DNA of 64,000 nt from Prasinococcaceae sp. CCMP 1430 (Eukaryota; Plantae; Prasinodermophyta), in contig RQSC01000125.1 in NCBI GenBank assembly GCA_013416795.1, positions 8,799 through 72,798 of the forward strand, read 5' to 3'. The notes beneath the pieces are model-generated. The model was not told where the DNA came from, ran no database searches, and was given only the letters and a program-made list of their open reading frames with translations. The stretch's first letter is position 1; each line of letters starts with the position of its first letter. This document shows positions 61,733 through 64,000 of this stretch, in pieces. The position numbers and the translations under genes are program-made.

Positions 61733-64000
61733 GCGGCAGAAGCGGAGGCGCGCCAGCTGGAGCTCGCGCGCGCCGTCGGCGCCGCCGCCTCGCGCTACCG
61801 CGCGGACGCCGCGAGCATCGGGCCCGTCGCCGAGGACGCGTACGACGCGGTGCGCACGCGCTGGAAGGTGCTGTGCGCGCAATGGGAGTGCGTGCGCCTG
61901 CGCGCGGCCGTCGTCGACCGCGAGCAGCGCGCGATCCGCGAGGAGATGGCGCGCCGACGCGCGCAGCCACGCTCGGGCGGCGCATCGGCGCGCGCGCAGG
62001 AGGAGTGGCGAGCCTTCACCGAGCGCGCGCAGGCGGAGCTGGCCGACCTGAAGAACCGCCAGCAGGAGGCTGCGCAGCAGATCGGCCAGGCCGTGCGCTA
62101 CTGGGAAAACCTTGCCATGCAGTACGCGCAGGCGTGGCAGCGCGCGCCGTCGCTGCCGTCCGACGGCGTGCACCAGCAGCGCATCGCCCACTTCCACCGC
62201 GAGAAGGACGCGGTCAAGCTCGCGCACGCCGTCAGCGATGGCGAAGAGCCCAACGCGAGCCTGCGCATGCACGTCGACGACATGTGCGCCGCGGGCCATC
62301 TCATTCGCGACCGCCTGCGTGAGTGGCTGCTCATGCACGCCGAGGAGGCGCAGGCGGCGCGCGAGGCGCGCGCCGCCAAGGCGCGTGCCGACGCTGCCGA
62401 GGCCGACGCCGCGATGGAGGCCATGGAGGCGGGGGGGGATGGCGATGCCGCGGACGCTGGCGTCGCGGCCGACGCGTCGGCAAACGGGGAGGGCCCGGGG
62501 GGGGCGCATGAGCATCCGGAGGAGACGCACGCGGAGGAGGCCGCAGAGGCGCAGCGACAGACTGGGGAAGAGGACGACCGCCAGCGCCGGCGCCTGCTCG
62601 CTTCCGAGGAGCGGCGCGAGCGGCGAGTCGCCGCCGCAGCCGCAGTGATTCCCGAGCCACTGGCGAGCGAGCTGCGGGCGTCTGAGAGCTCGTGCGGCGA
62701 GGCGGCCGCTGCGCGAGCGGAAGCTGACGCCGAGCTGATCTCGCTGTGGCGTGAGGCGCTCGAGCCCGGCGCCGCGCGCGACTTGCAGGCGGCGCTGGTG
62801 GCCGCCGCGCAGTCAGCGCGCGGGGCCGCCGCGCTGCTCGACGAGGGAGCAGGGGGCGACGCGGGCGCGGGCCCACCCATGCCGTCGCTCGATGGCGGCT
62901 TGAGCGACCCCGCCTACGCGCTGACGTCTGACGCCACCCGGGCGGCGCGGCACGCGGCGGACTCGGTGGAGCGGCTGCACGCCGCACATGTGGGCATGCA
63001 GCGCCTGCTGGGCACGCTGGCGGTGTGTTCGCTGCGCGAGCCGCTGCGTTACTTCCGCGCAGCTGGTGCCGCCGCGGCCGCGGAGCGCCTACTCGAGGCA
63101 GAGCAGCGCGCCGCCGAGGAGCAGCAGCGCAAGCGCGAGCGCGAGCGCGAGCGCCAAGCAGAGCGTGTGCGGCGCGCCAACGAAGCGAGGCACAAGGTCA
63201 AGCTCGAGGCAGCGGCTGCTCAGAAGCAGGCCGAGGCCGAGGAGCGCGAGCGCACGCATGCGCGCGCCGTCGCTGCCGCCGGCCGTGGCACGGGCAGCGG
63301 TGCGGGCGGCTCGTCCACGAGCGCTGGCGGGAGAGTGGCCAATGGAAGTGCGATCGCGGACGCCAACGGCGACGGCGCAGGCACGTCTGCGGGACACGAC
63401 GGCGGCGCGTGGTCTGGCTCGGCGCGTGCTGCCTCAGGGGGCACGGACGCGGACGCGGATTCCTTCATGGCGCGGGAGCTGGAGGCGGCCAGGCGCCTCG
63501 AGGCCGTGCTCGCGTCGGGAGGAGAGGTCGACGCTGCTGCGCTTGAGAGCGCACTCGAAAGCGCTGCGGACGGCGGGGCCGGGTGGGAGGATGCCGGCAC
63601 TAGCAAGCGCAGGGGCGGTGGTGGCGCTGGCAAGCACTCCCAGAGGCAGCGACCTTCGAGCGGAAAGGGAGGTCGCGCGCGCGACGCGCGCGCGCGCGAC
63701 GCGCGCGGCGCGAACGGCGCGCGCGAGCGCGAGCGCACCAACGGCAGCAGCGGGCGCGCGAATGGGAGCAAGACGGACGGCAAGGCCGCGCACAGGCACC
63801 ATCAGCCACAGCCCGAGGCAACCAGCGCTACAGGTGCCGAATCACCGGTGGAATCTGCGTCGGTGCCGGCCGGGAAGCCGGCGACAGCCGCGGCTGCTCC
63901 TTCTGCGGCACCTTCGGCGCCGCCGCCGGTGTCGGACGTGCAGACGCCTCCGCCGGTCCAAGCAATTCAATTTGGCAGCATCAGCCTCGATATGATCTCC
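61733..64000 (+). CDS. Large hypothetical coiled-coil/low-complexity protein, 5' end in gap, runs off the window
   Basis: Coding-like frame AAEAEARQLEL...RWKVLCAQWECVRL...QAIQFGSISLDMIS with no stop seen. It is absent from the ORF track, presumably because no stop falls within the window. Confidence 0.65.

Overview
Gene-dense, very GC-rich eukaryotic nuclear DNA from a draft assembly. There are six long N gaps (7063-7127, 28935-29244, 33035-33319, 47279-47695, 59754-60296, 61568-61732) and single-N junctions at 3357, 10446, 11746, 13321, 31320, 34841 and 55106. Spliceosomal introns rich in (CG)n/(CA)n/(TG)n, plus starch enzymes, an LHC protein, an HPt, a plant-type MTA nucleosidase and a plant-type CDK-like kinase, point to a green alga of prasinophyte grade (inference; species not determinable here). 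About 30 genes or gene fragments are supported, including alpha-amylase, RPE, an esterase-CBM protein, starch branching enzyme, FAD-synthetase-like, DNA polymerase theta, MTN, a SET protein, UCH37, thrB, LHC, YIF1, TAF13, a CDK, ALDH6, PEX2 and HPt. Strongest observations: (1) an alpha-amylase fused to a cyclic-nucleotide-binding domain and an ACT-like domain; (2) a head-to-head pair of RPE-fold genes, one with both metal-binding His replaced by Gln and one apparently a pseudoenzyme; (3) both lie in a 15-kb stretch with other starch/carbon genes; (4) a SET gene interrupted by a composite insert (telomere-like repeats plus a mitochondrial-type LSU rRNA fragment) between 513-bp duplicates, next to a decayed pogo-like transposase; (5) several structured non-coding elements (57-, 82- and ~150-bp tandem arrays, an 83-bp-arm foldback, a direct-repeat-flanked hairpin); (6) an RPB1-CTD-like antisense snippet inside an intron. 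All family calls are by-eye motif recognition; no searches were run.
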